64,000 bases of DNA from an uncultured virus (IMG/VR IMGVR_UViG_3300033388_001337) (IMGVR_UViG_3300033388_001337); one strand, 5' to 3'; counted from the first letter of the stretch, positions 39,659 to 47,835 are shown. Numbers and translations are program-made. The notes: generated by a model not told the origin, from the sequence alone.

Positions 39659-39916
39659 TTAGAAAGGTAAGTCTGGCTCAGGTTGAGCTTCAGCTTCTTC
39701 TTTCTTAGGCTCTGGCTTCCAAGTGTCAACAGCTACGTAATGTGTTTTACCATACTGATCAGCCTCTCTTTTCTTCTGAACGATAAGCTTTACATATTTT
39801 TTACCATTGTATTCGAACATATGCTCTTGAGGTAAATCTGATAAACATAAACTACAAGCTACTTGGTCTCCGTCAAACTTGGAAACTCCACTACCTACAT
39901 AGATTTTTTCTGACAT
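39659..39916 (-). CDS. Putative single-stranded DNA-binding protein
   Basis: Small beta protein with acidic C-terminal tail ending DLPF; beside primase and recombination genes. Confidence 0.6.
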   Translation of the reverse strand: MSEKIYVGSGVSKFDGDQVACSLCLSDLPQEHMFEYNGKKYVKLIVQKKREADQYGKTHYVAVDTWKPEPKKEEAEAQPEPDLPF

Positions 39917-40080
39917 GATTTATTAATTTTAATGTTTTGTTCCAAATGATTAATTGTAGATATGATGATATCATCCTTATCTTGTCTACTATTACAGGAC
40001 ATTGGAACTTGAACCCACATAATAGTATTTTTCTTTGTTTTTTTAGGCAACATTGCCCATAGCTTTTTAAAGATATTCAT
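39895..40080 (-). CDS. Hypothetical protein
   Basis: 61 aa, overlaps its neighbours. Confidence 0.45.
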   Translation of the reverse strand: MNIFKKLWAMLPKKTKKNTIMWVQVPMSCNSRQDKDDIIISTINHLEQNIKINKSCQKKSM

Positions 40081-40810
40081 AATGTATGTATTGTTTTATA
40101 TCCTCATCTGCATTTTCAGAAAAGAATTTATTATACACTATAACAGCTTTAGCTACTTTCTCTTGCCCACTTGCTAAAAACATTTCAGTCGGCTCGTATA
40201 TACCTAGCGCCTGTGTTTGCTTGTCTACTACATAAAAATGTAGAGGCTTATCAAATAACATTTGGTATATATATGCCTGACTATCGTAACCAAAAGCACG
40301 TGCTTTATTAGGGAATTGTGAAAGTGAACTTGTTGTCTTTAGATCTATTAATAAGTTATCTGATACAACATCAGCTTTACCTTTCCATTTTAACCCCATA
40401 TGTTGACTAACTCTTGGTACTTCAAACTCATTACCCTCTTTGTAGATGTCTTCAAAGAATGTAAAGTTTTGTTTCATTGCATCTGCACACTTGTGTAGAT
40501 TATCCACTTCGCTTTGTAACAGAAGAATATCTTCCTTTGTTTCGTACTTTGCCTCCTTATACTTGTTTGTATTCCTAGTTGTAGAATCTACAATAGTGTA
40601 CTGACTTAATTTTTCAGGCTCAAGCATTAGTGTATGAAAATAACTCCCCTCCAACATAGCTTTAGTTTTTTCTATGTCTTGATGAAACTCTTGTGGATTA
40701 GAATTTAAAATCTTTACATCAGAGTTTGACAGCCATTGTTTACCATAGTCGCCATAGTAACGACTATCATCCTTCAGCATTGCTAGGATGTCTTCTTTAA
40801 CAGCACTCAT
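40067..40810 (-). CDS. PD-(D/E)XK exonuclease (RecE/exonuclease VIII-like, DUF3799)
   Basis: 'LSNSDVK', 'GSYFH', 'KGKADVV...IDLKTT', 'GYDSQAYIYQ'. Confidence 0.85.
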   Translation of the reverse strand: MSAVKEDILAMLKDDSRYYGDYGKQWLSNSDVKILNSNPQEFHQDIEKTKAMLEGSYFHTLMLEPEKLSQYTIVDSTTRNTNKYKEAKYETKEDILLLQSEVDNLHKCADAMKQNFTFFEDIYKEGNEFEVPRVSQHMGLKWKGKADVVSDNLLIDLKTTSSLSQFPNKARAFGYDSQAYIYQMLFDKPLHFYVVDKQTQALGIYEPTEMFLASGQEKVAKAVIVYNKFFSENADEDIKQYIHYEYL

Positions 40811-41355
40811 TATGAATGTTTTGCTAATTCTTTTTTGACTGTAGCTTTTATACTGTATTTAGTTTCAAGCTGTGGTATTATCTTCGCTAATCCTAATGCT
40901 TTGTTCTTTGCTATATAGTTAAGAACATTAGTCCAATTAGAATCCCCTATATTTAAAACTATTTTCTTTTGCTGAGTTTTAACAGTAGATTTCTTTGGAG
41001 TTGGTTTTGATTGGTTAACTATAGCATTCTGTACTTCTTCAGCACTAGCTACAGAAGTTTCAATACCGATTCCAAAATTACCTAATGCTCTACCCCAAGC
41101 TGAAGTCTCACAGTTTTCTACATAAGATGTTTTGTTAATGAAGGTACTCCCTTTTACTTCCTCTGCCATACCTGTAGCTATGACTCTACCATCTTCATTT
41201 ATAATAGATGCGAGGATTAGGATTGATTTGTCTGTTTTCTCCAACACTTCTGATGTAAGAGAAAAATTTGGGTATGTCTTTCTAAAAAAGATTAACCTTT
41301 CGTTAACCTCAACATACTCCTTACCTTTGATGTTTACAGTTTTTAATTTTCCCAT
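40810..41355 (-). CDS. Single-strand annealing recombinase (Rad52/Sak-like)
   Basis: 'IKGKEYVEVNERL', 'IATGMAEE', 'ENCETSAWGRAL'; adjacent to the exonuclease. Confidence 0.7.
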   Translation of the reverse strand: MGKLKTVNIKGKEYVEVNERLIFFRKTYPNFSLTSEVLEKTDKSILILASIINEDGRVIATGMAEEVKGSTFINKTSYVENCETSAWGRALGNFGIGIETSVASAEEVQNAIVNQSKPTPKKSTVKTQQKKIVLNIGDSNWTNVLNYIAKNKALGLAKIIPQLETKYSIKATVKKELAKHS

Positions 41356-41360
41356 TTGAT

Positions 41361-41762
41361 TTATTTTAATTTAATTAATTTGATTTTGTGTTTTGCATAT
41401 CTATTCAAGATACTATCTCTACGAGTTTTTAGATTCTGGATGTGCTTGTCGTTCTTACGTGTGTTAACTTCAATCTTCATTTTATTTTCAATTAAATCAA
41501 GCTTGTGTTTACAGTTGCTCATTGCAGTAATTACGCACCCACGTTTCCATCCTTCATTAAAAAATACTTCGTATTCGTTTTCGGTTAACTCCTGAAAGTA
41601 ATCCCCACCCTTTGAACAATTAAGTAGTTCAATGTGGCTTGGAAACTTTTGAAGTTTAACTCCCATATTAATTATAGATTCTCCTCTACTCATAGTAGTT
41701 TGAATAGAGCCATGATCCTGTTTAGCCTGTTCGTATATTTCTTGTAAACTATACTGTTTCAT
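41361..41762 (-). CDS. Hypothetical protein
   Basis: 133 aa ORF in operon. Confidence 0.6.
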   Translation of the reverse strand: MKQYSLQEIYEQAKQDHGSIQTTMSRGESIINMGVKLQKFPSHIELLNCSKGGDYFQELTENEYEVFFNEGWKRGCVITAMSNCKHKLDLIENKMKIEVNTRKNDKHIQNLKTRRDSILNRYAKHKIKLIKLK

Positions 41763-42045
41763 TAATAGATTCTATAATATTTTTGTAGTCCTTATCATTA
41801 TCAATAAGTTCTTTAGCTTTTTTATATCCGTGTATTATGGTTGTGATGTGAACATCAAGTCCAGCTTCAGACATAAATCTTTTAATATATGAAACCCTAA
41901 TAGGCCTTTCCATACATAGATAGTAGAGCATTTGTCTTGCATCTACCTTTTCTTGTTTTCTACTTTTATCAAACATCTCATCTAAACTTAAATGAAACTG
42001 TTTGGATATAGCTGTAGCATAGCTATTAAATATATCTTTCTTCAT
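41749..42045 (-). CDS. DnaA domain IV-like helix-turn-helix protein
   Basis: 'KSRKQEKVDARQMLYYLC...VHITTIIHGYKK'. Confidence 0.75.
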   Translation of the reverse strand: MKKDIFNSYATAISKQFHLSLDEMFDKSRKQEKVDARQMLYYLCMERPIRVSYIKRFMSEAGLDVHITTIIHGYKKAKELIDNDKDYKNIIESINETV

Positions 42046-42275
42046 TCTTTAATTTCTTTTAATCTTTCTATTTCAAATTCTAAATGTGCAATAGCTTTAC
42101 GTAAATCCTCAACAGGAGTTTCGTGTTTTCTAGAACTACGTAAGCAGTAAGTCACAGCAGTGCCGATATTATATGTGCAATCAAAATCGCTTACTACATA
42201 TCGTGCTTGATAATTTCTTTTTTTATTAGTTCCTACATAATAATGTGGAACTCTATCATCTGATTCCCAATTCAT
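42042..42275 (-). CDS. DUF3310 family protein (T7 gp1.7-like)
   Basis: 'PHYY...YNIGTAVTYCLRS..K...EDLRKAIAHLEFEI'. Confidence 0.75.
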   Translation of the reverse strand: MNWESDDRVPHYYVGTNKKRNYQARYVVSDFDCTYNIGTAVTYCLRSSRKHETPVEDLRKAIAHLEFEIERLKEIKE

Positions 42276-42481
42276 TTTTTAATATTTAATTTATATTTAG
42301 ACATATCATTTCTGATTATAACTTTAGTTTTTGGTACGTAAGGTTTTGGGAGAACAAATCTTTTTTTATACTCTACCTTTCCACTATAAGTAAAGTAATT
42401 ATCTAAATCAACAAACACGTTTTTGTGATGCTGATCTAACAATTTTTTCTGATATAATTCTTTAATAAGGTGTGTTGGCAT
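42272..42481 (-). CDS. Hypothetical protein
   Basis: 69 aa, first gene after a structured leader. Confidence 0.55.
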   Translation of the reverse strand: MPTHLIKELYQKKLLDQHHKNVFVDLDNYFTYSGKVEYKKRFVLPKPYVPKTKVIIRNDMSKYKLNIKK

Positions 42482-42495
42482 TGATTAGTTCTAAA

Positions 42496-42584
42496 GAAAA
42501 TGGGGGGACACTAAAACATTTAATATTAAGGTTTCTTAAACCGAACAAGTTATTGGCAATATTAACCGAATCCCCCCAGCTTTC
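42496..42584 (-). other. Long structured 5' leader (nested inverted repeats)
   Basis: TGGGGGGA/TCCCCCCA (42501/42571), TTAATATT/AATATTAA (42520/42558), inner GGTTT/AAACC. Confidence 0.6.
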
Positions 42585-42618
42585 TATTAAACAAAATTTA
42601 CGTTATGAAAACTGATAG

Positions 42619-42626
42619 CAAAATTA
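42619..42626 (-). promoter_or_regulatory. Bacteroidota-type -7 promoter element (TAATTTTG)
   Basis: TAnnTTTG on the - strand upstream of the replication operon leader. Confidence 0.5.
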
Positions 42627-42631
42627 TATAA

Positions 42632-42778
42632 TTACTTTTGAATATGCAAGTTATTGTTTGACTTATTTTTAAGCATTGAAAAATGCTCTTGTGTCAATTG
42701 CTGTAGCCATCTTATGTAATCATAATTTGGTTTGTCTTTCAGTTTTTCTTTTAAAATAAGAGTTTCTAATTCATTCAT
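42632..42778 (-). CDS. Small hypothetical protein (48 aa, not in track)
   Basis: MNELETLILKEKLKDKPNYDYIRWLQQL...; starts 2 nt after the upstream stop. Confidence 0.5.
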   Translation of the reverse strand: MNELETLILKEKLKDKPNYDYIRWLQQLTQEHFSMLKNKSNNNLHIQK

Positions 42779-42780
42779 AG

Positions 42781-43578
42781 TTATCCGAATATTATAGGTT
42801 GATTTCCTTTTCTATCTTTATGACAGTGCCATTCAAAAACTTCTTTAAGAGTTTTTCCGTAGTATTCGTGCAAACTATAACACTCATACCACCCCTCTTC
42901 ATAGGTATCATCAGCATTGGTGTGTTCATTACGTAGGTAAGACACTTCACATAGAAACTTAAAGCCCTCTTCATACTCTACTACTTTGGTTTCGTGATTG
43001 TACACTCCCTCCATTTCTTTAATGACTCCCTGCTCGTTTATAGCAAATTCTTTTGAGTCATCCCATTCAGGCTCACTATAATCTCCACTATCAACAATAT
43101 CTCCATTCTCATATTCTCTGAATCCACCCCATCCTGTTTCTTCCTCGTAAAAATAAGAAAATCCTTTTACTTGTTTTGCAAAGGCATCAAGTATATCATC
43201 ATCAAGAGGACTCCAAGCTGTAGTAAAGGTATAGGTTAATGTTTCATCATCAAGATTGTTTTCGTAACAACCCCATTTTGTACCCCAATTGTTCAAAGCC
43301 CACGTGTACCAATTGTCAGCACCGAATTTAGCTTTCCAACTGTTCGACATATCAAGAGTTATTCCCCTGTTCCATATTCTATCTGTTTTTGCTTTTTTCT
43401 CCTGATCAAGATACTCTTTCTTAGATATAATAGAAGTCGGAGATGAAGTGTTAAACAATTCCTCTGGCATTGGCAGAATAAATTCAGCCAACCCTCTTTC
43501 TAGTTTTACAATTTTTTTAAGAAGTTTGTAATCTTCTTTGTTGCTCACTGCTATTGAGCAAAATACGTGATTAGGCAT
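42781..43578 (-). CDS. DUF1281/YubB ferredoxin-like domain protein
   Basis: 'MPNHV', 'NWYTWALNNWGTKW', 'FTTAWSP', 'YEEETG'. Confidence 0.8.
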   Translation of the reverse strand: MPNHVFCSIAVSNKEDYKLLKKIVKLERGLAEFILPMPEELFNTSSPTSIISKKEYLDQEKKAKTDRIWNRGITLDMSNSWKAKFGADNWYTWALNNWGTKWGCYENNLDDETLTYTFTTAWSPLDDDILDAFAKQVKGFSYFYEEETGWGGFREYENGDIVDSGDYSEPEWDDSKEFAINEQGVIKEMEGVYNHETKVVEYEEGFKFLCEVSYLRNEHTNADDTYEEGWYECYSLHEYYGKTLKEVFEWHCHKDRKGNQPIIFG

Positions 43579-43611
43579 AATAATAAATTTAAATTAAACT
43601 TCGTTTCGTTA

Positions 43612-43659
43612 TCTACCACGAAAAGCCCGACACATTTACGTGCCGAGCTACTCGCAGAA
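43612..43659 (-). ncRNA. Conserved intergenic hairpin motif, copy A
   Basis: UUCUGC-gagu-AGCUCGGCAC-guaaau-GUGUCGGGCU-uuucg-UGGUAGA. Confidence 0.55.
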
Positions 43660-43670
43660 CAAACAACAAA

Positions 43671-43745
43671 TTATAACAACTTACTCAATACTATCAATAT
43701 GAATGTTATTACTACACCTAAAAAGGAATAGAATGTTGCTTTCAT
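43671..43745 (-). CDS. Putative 24-aa membrane peptide
   Basis: MKATFYSFLGVVITFILIVLSKLL; fills the gap between genes. Confidence 0.35.
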   Translation of the reverse strand: MKATFYSFLGVVITFILIVLSKLL

Positions 43746-43758
43746 TTTATCTTCATAT

Positions 43759-44100
43759 TTACTCATCTTCTTGCATTTTATCTGCATACTTACACGCAGA
43801 GTTATAAATATTTCTGTCGTACTCCTGTACAAAGTCAACAAAGTAATTCATCCATTCGTACAGTCCTGTATTCATAAAACTATCCATCTCTCTTACTTCT
43901 ATATCATCATCATACTTCAACCCATTGATAGAATTTACAACATATTTGTCAGGTGCGATTAAGTCGCACAACTGTTGGATTTGGGAGACATCATCTTCAG
44001 CCTCCCAACCCTTACCAAAATGTAAGTCAGCAATTTTTTCTAAATTGTTTGCTGACACAAAGCCATATGTAGACATATAACGTTCAGTTTTTATTCTCAT
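43759..44100 (-). CDS. Hypothetical early protein
   Basis: 113 aa, acidic; A-rich leader. Confidence 0.65.
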   Translation of the reverse strand: MRIKTERYMSTYGFVSANNLEKIADLHFGKGWEAEDDVSQIQQLCDLIAPDKYVVNSINGLKYDDDIEVREMDSFMNTGLYEWMNYFVDFVQEYDRNIYNSACKYADKMQEDE

Positions 44101-44111
44101 AATTTTAAATT

Positions 44112-44297
44112 TTAATAGTTATCTCTTCCTAAAAACAGGGTGATGCTTGAGTCACCTCCATCCTCCCACACTTCTATAGTGTCGAGGATAACATCTCTGT
44201 CAGGAATATTTTCTTTTGTTAGGTTTGCTACAGGCAGAATCTCTGCATCCTGAAATTCACAATCCTGTAGCATTTTTACTAGTTCTTTTACTTTCAT
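44112..44297 (-). CDS. Hypothetical early protein
   Basis: 61 aa; 'MKVKELVKMLQ...DAEI' is a common small phage protein start. Confidence 0.65.
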   Translation of the reverse strand: MKVKELVKMLQDCEFQDAEILPVANLTKENIPDRDVILDTIEVWEDGGDSSITLFLGRDNY

Positions 44298-44303
44298 ATA
44301 ATG

Positions 44304-44975
44304 TTATTTAAGTTCGTGTTCTATTTCTGCAGACACTAGAATTACTTCGCATAATTCTGATGGTATCTTGCTTCTCTCGTGATTACCTTTCAGTCCCTGT
44401 GTCCCTGTTTGGCTTCCTCGTGGTGCTGGAGTATGACACGTGTCTCCGTTCTTACACATTGCACGTGGAGTCCAGCCCATATCGTTAGTCCAAATATCTG
44501 TAGGCTTCATTCTTGAGTCGCCATATTGACAATAGGTAACTGTTTCTCTTCTATGTTCTAGTTCAGTCCAATGAGGTGCTTTTCTCATTTTACCTCGTGG
44601 ATTTTCTACGTACCATAAAAGGTTGGGATTCTTATCAAGATAATTAGAAATGATTTCTAATGTTTTCTCGAAGATTTTTAGCCCGATCATGTCAGGATCA
44701 CGTGGTGTAAAATTCTCTCCTGAAACCCACTTTCTGCCTATACAGGCTACTGAAAAGTCAGTACAGGGTGGAGATGCCCAAAGGACATCAGGAATCCACA
44801 ACTCATCTAATGTTCCTACATTGATTTCATTCATACGATAGTCCCAATCCATAATATCGCCCACCCAATTTGTGTTAGGGTACGCTACATTATCAACAGA
44901 GAATACCTCGTGGCCACGCTGTTCTGCAACTTTGCCTATACTACTTGAGCCACTAAATAGTTCAAGTATTTTCAT
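44304..44975 (-). CDS. C5-cytosine DNA methyltransferase (short phage type)
   Basis: Motif I LELFSG, catalytic WASPPC, motif VI YVENP, 'YCQYG...KPTDIWTN'. Confidence 0.85.
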   Translation of the reverse strand: MKILELFSGSSSIGKVAEQRGHEVFSVDNVAYPNTNWVGDIMDWDYRMNEINVGTLDELWIPDVLWASPPCTDFSVACIGRKWVSGENFTPRDPDMIGLKIFEKTLEIISNYLDKNPNLLWYVENPRGKMRKAPHWTELEHRRETVTYCQYGDSRMKPTDIWTNDMGWTPRAMCKNGDTCHTPAPRGSQTGTQGLKGNHERSKIPSELCEVILVSAEIEHELK

Positions 44976-44988
44976 AATTGTTTGTTTT

Positions 44989-45075
44989 GATTAAGACACA
45001 AGAGTAATAATCTACCAACGTGGTTTGTCATTTGCACCTCTCGTGTTTCGGATATTTAATCCTCATCAGTTAATC
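44989..45075 (-). ncRNA. Hammerhead ribozyme HH-1 (type I)
   Basis: GAUUAA CUGAUGA GGAU-uaaau-AUCC GAAA CACGAGAG-(33 nt)-CUCUUGUG UC^UUAAUC; cut between 44995 and 44994. Confidence 0.93.
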
Positions 45076-45078
45076 TGT

Positions 45079-45315
45079 TTAAAAAATCTCATCAAGATAT
45101 TTATATGACTCAGTTATTTTTTCTAACGCATATATGTATTTAAATATATGGTCACTTTTATTGAGTTCATCTTCATACTCTTGCGAAAACACTTCTTCTT
45201 CGACACTATGTCTTTCATTATAATCAGTGAATTCAGGCTCATAAATGTATTCCAAAACTTTGTTACATAAATGAATCATTTGTTCCTCTTGAAAAGGAGT
45301 CAATTTGTTTTTCAT
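45079..45315 (-). CDS. Hypothetical early protein
   Basis: 78 aa, acidic; stop is 3 nt before HH-1. Confidence 0.7.
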   Translation of the reverse strand: MKNKLTPFQEEQMIHLCNKVLEYIYEPEFTDYNERHSVEEEVFSQEYEDELNKSDHIFKYIYALEKITESYKYLDEIF

Positions 45316-45335
45316 AATTGTTATTTGTTATAGGT

Positions 45336-45385
45336 TTCTACCACCAAAACCCCAACACGTTTTACTGTGTTGAGGTAAGGCAGAA
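45336..45385 (-). ncRNA. Conserved intergenic hairpin motif, copy B
   Basis: UUCUGC-cuu-ACCUCAACAC-aguaaaac-GUGUUGGGGU-uuugg-UGGUAGAA. Confidence 0.55.
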
Positions 45386-45399
45386 TCACACACTACAAA

Positions 45400-45645
45400 T
45401 CAGGATGCGTTCAATGGCGATTCTATATTGTATTCGCCATCCATAATAATCGCATCAATAATCTCTTCTTCATAATTGTACAGGACATCAGTGACATCAT
45501 CTCCATTAAGAATCATTTTGTCTATTGTAATCTCCTCAATGGGTGGGGAATCATAACTTCCTGATTCAACGTAGTATTCGTAATGTACTTCTACTACATT
45601 ATTTTCGGACAGTTCCCAATCGAATTGTAAGTTATAACTTTTCAT
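45400..45645 (-). CDS. Hypothetical early protein
   Basis: 81 aa, very acidic, 'ESGSYDSPP'. Confidence 0.7.
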   Translation of the reverse strand: MKSYNLQFDWELSENNVVEVHYEYYVESGSYDSPPIEEITIDKMILNGDDVTDVLYNYEEEIIDAIIMDGEYNIESPLNAS

Positions 45646-45647
45646 AA

Positions 45648-45902
45648 TTATAATGTTGGTATTGTTCCGTAACCTTTAATTGTAGTGAACAACGCACCAC
45701 CATCATTACCCTCATCATCCATAGATGGATATAGCCAAAATGTCTCTCCGTGTTTGTTTTCCATTAACATACATAAAGGAGATTTGTACCACATCATTTC
45801 ATCTACTTCATCTTCTGACATATATTGTACTTTAACAATCTTACATCCGACAAGATGTTTCTTCGCTAAATCAGTCCAACGTGTTTCTGTGTTTGTTTTC
45901 AT
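45648..45902 (-). CDS. Hypothetical early protein
   Basis: 84 aa; 'LVGCKIVKVQYM...PSMDDEGNDGGALF'. Confidence 0.75.
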   Translation of the reverse strand: MKTNTETRWTDLAKKHLVGCKIVKVQYMSEDEVDEMMWYKSPLCMLMENKHGETFWLYPSMDDEGNDGGALFTTIKGYGTIPTL

Positions 45903-45925
45903 ATTTGATAGTATTTATATGGTTT

Positions 45926-45981
45926 GTAAATGACACCTACATAGGTAGGTGTTTCGGATATTTAATCCTCATCAGATTTAC
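45926..45981 (-). ncRNA. Hammerhead ribozyme HH-2 (type I)
   Basis: GUAAAU CUGAUGA GGAU-uaaau-AUCC GAAA CACCUAC-cuau-GUAGGUG UC^AUUUAC; cut between 45932 and 45931. Confidence 0.95.
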
Positions 45982-46117
45982 TTGCGTACTCCATTGCATT
46001 GCAATATACCCTGTAATAATTAGTACGAACATAGGATATGAAATCAGTGTAAAATTCCTCTTCGGACTCACGTGTATAACCCATATCTTTTTGTTTTATC
46101 AGTGGTTTGTTTTTCAT
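45962..46117 (-). CDS. Small hypothetical protein (51 aa, not in track) ending inside HH-2
   Basis: MKNKPLIKQKDMGYTRESEEEFYTDFISYVRTNYYRVYCNAMEYASKSDED; ATGA-coupled to the upstream gene. Confidence 0.65.
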   Translation of the reverse strand: MKNKPLIKQKDMGYTRESEEEFYTDFISYVRTNYYRVYCNAMEYASKSDED

Positions 46118-46518
46118 TTCTTAAAGGTTTTAATAAATTCATCTACTGTATCATCAAATTTAATTTGATAATCGTAATCTCGCATTTGAATACGAATTTT
46201 GTTATCACTATTTACATAGACAAAATATGTATATTCTTCCCAAACATCTTTACAGTTTGGTGTATGAACATAAATATTACCACGTGGATTCTGTTGTTTG
46301 AACTCGCATAAAGCTAAAGCTGTCAATTCTTCGATTCCGTTTGCGTATTGTGATTCAGTATTGTGGCTTACTCCGTTTGTCAACGTGTATTGTTGCAGAA
46401 TCTCTGCAAGTTCTACTCCGTGTGATTCAGGATAGCCATCATACTGTCTATACATAGTTAATAATGTAGCAGAACCTCTGCCACCATTTTCGAAATGTGT
46501 TAAACTTCTTGTTCCCAT
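46114..46518 (-). CDS. Hypothetical early protein
   Basis: 134 aa; 'MGTRSLT...YRQYDGYPESHG...WEEYTY'. Confidence 0.8.
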   Translation of the reverse strand: MGTRSLTHFENGGRGSATLLTMYRQYDGYPESHGVELAEILQQYTLTNGVSHNTESQYANGIEELTALALCEFKQQNPRGNIYVHTPNCKDVWEEYTYFVYVNSDNKIRIQMRDYDYQIKFDDTVDEFIKTFKK

Positions 46519-46534
46519 ATTTGATAGTTTTTAT

Positions 46535-46592
46535 GATTAGGACACCACTTCATGAAGTGGTGTTTCGGATACTGAATCCTCATCAGCTAATC
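46535..46592 (-). ncRNA. Hammerhead ribozyme HH-3 (type I)
   Basis: GAUUAG CUGAUGA GGAU-ucagu-AUCC GAAA CACCACUU-caug-AAGUGGUG UC^CUAAUC; cut between 46541 and 46540. Confidence 0.95.
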
Positions 46593-46708
46593 TCAACATA
46601 GAATATCCACATCCCCACATAAAATATGAAGAATAAGAATAATAAAAACACTACGTTAATTATATATTCTACAGGATTTTCTTTGATGTCTTTTAATAGT
46701 TGTTTCAT
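46583..46708 (-). CDS. Small membrane protein (41 aa, not in track) whose UGA stop is in the HH-3 core
   Basis: MKQLLKDIKENPVEYIINVVFLLFLFFIFYVGMWIFYVEIS; single transmembrane segment. Confidence 0.6.
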   Translation of the reverse strand: MKQLLKDIKENPVEYIINVVFLLFLFFIFYVGMWIFYVEIS

Positions 46709-46723
46709 AATGTGATTTTTAAA

Positions 46724-47077
46724 TTAATACCTCTTCCTAATAGTTTCTCTTTGGTCTTCAGTCAATACATTGTTCCAAACATACCCATAAGTTTTATCTA
46801 ACTTTTGGTATTTTGATGCGTGTATGTCTAAATCTTTTTCCAATGTTTTTACCCTTTGTTCTAACTCTTCTTTGTCAAAAATGATATTAGCAATATACTC
46901 ATCATTTTCAGCTAATTTTCTGTTTAGATTTTCAGTCAGAGCAGTCCATTGTAAGATTCCAAAAAGCATTTCTATTTTGGAAGTTTTAAGTGCCTCATTT
47001 ACCTCCTCTTCATTATGTTGAGGAAAATGTTTTAATAAGAGGCCTCTGTCGATTTTGCAACTAGTTTTGATTTTCAT
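46724..47077 (-). CDS. Hypothetical coiled-coil early protein
   Basis: 117 aa. Confidence 0.7.
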   Translation of the reverse strand: MKIKTSCKIDRGLLLKHFPQHNEEEVNEALKTSKIEMLFGILQWTALTENLNRKLAENDEYIANIIFDKEELEQRVKTLEKDLDIHASKYQKLDKTYGYVWNNVLTEDQRETIRKRY

Positions 47078-47081
47078 AATA

Positions 47082-47375
47082 TTAAATTTTATTAATTAAG
47101 TTAAGTGCTTTTTTAATTGTCTTTACAGTAAATTTTGCATTCTGGAAGTGAAAGTAATCCTCGCCAATATTAGCAAGAAACTCTAGATTCCATTTAACAA
47201 CCTCTAAAGCATTTTTTGAATCTGTTCTAGTGTAACCCTTACTGCATTTAGGAACAGCCATATCTTTCATTGTGTTATGCATATTCTCTAAAATAGCAGA
47301 TGGTTTTGCAGTGTGTCCGATTGTATTCTTTGATACTAAATCTTGACACATCTTAAAATACTCATTGTAATTCAT
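47082..47375 (-). CDS. Hypothetical early protein
   Basis: 97 aa; preceded by HH-4 and the AACUAUCAAA leader. Confidence 0.7.
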   Translation of the reverse strand: MNYNEYFKMCQDLVSKNTIGHTAKPSAILENMHNTMKDMAVPKCSKGYTRTDSKNALEVVKWNLEFLANIGEDYFHFQNAKFTVKTIKKALNLINKI

Positions 47376-47390
47376 AATTTTGATAGTTTT

Positions 47391-47451
47391 GATTAAGACA
47401 CCTCTAGATCATTTTGAGGTGTTTCGAATATTAAATTCTCATCAGTTAATC
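47391..47451 (-). ncRNA. Hammerhead ribozyme HH-4 (type I)
   Basis: GAUUAA CUGAUGA GAAU-uuaau-AUUC GAAA CACCUC-aaaaugaucua-GAGGUG UC^UUAAUC; cut between 47397 and 47396. Confidence 0.95.
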
Positions 47452-47835
47452 TTCATATTCTATGTTCCACGTATCGCATAAATCTCTTTTAAGATATTCA
47501 TCATCATCCCATCTGTCTGAAATCATTTCTAAAATGTCTTCATCAATGTAGATGCGATTATCTTCTTCAAAGTTATATGCGTAACTGTTTTGCATAAAAG
47601 CATCAATGACAGCTTCAACTAAATTGTCATCATAGTAATACACATCATCAAGTATATTGATTTGTCCTCCTCTTACATTGTCTGTAAAAACAAAGACATC
47701 ATAAGAGTCAGCAGTTTCCTGTGAGTGAATCATATAATCTAGCCCACTGAAATCATCTGTAGTAATTTCTAATGGAAGATACTCATCAACAAATTGTTTG
47801 AATGAGGTGTACTCTGATAAATTTAACTTTTTCAT
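47446..47835 (-). CDS. Hypothetical acidic early protein
   Basis: 129 aa, very Asp/Glu/Tyr-rich; last codon and stop (GAU UAA) form HH-4 stem I. Confidence 0.75.
   Translation of the reverse strand: MKKLNLSEYTSFKQFVDEYLPLEITTDDFSGLDYMIHSQETADSYDVFVFTDNVRGGQINILDDVYYYDDNLVEAVIDAFMQNSYAYNFEEDNRIYIDEDILEMISDRWDDDEYLKRDLCDTWNIEYED

Noticed and set aside
42908..42914. CUGAUGA on the - strand inside the DUF1281 gene as a seventh hammerhead
   Set aside because: It is not followed by a stem II and GAAA, and there is no matching GUC substrate strand; it is coding sequence (Ala-Asp-Asp).
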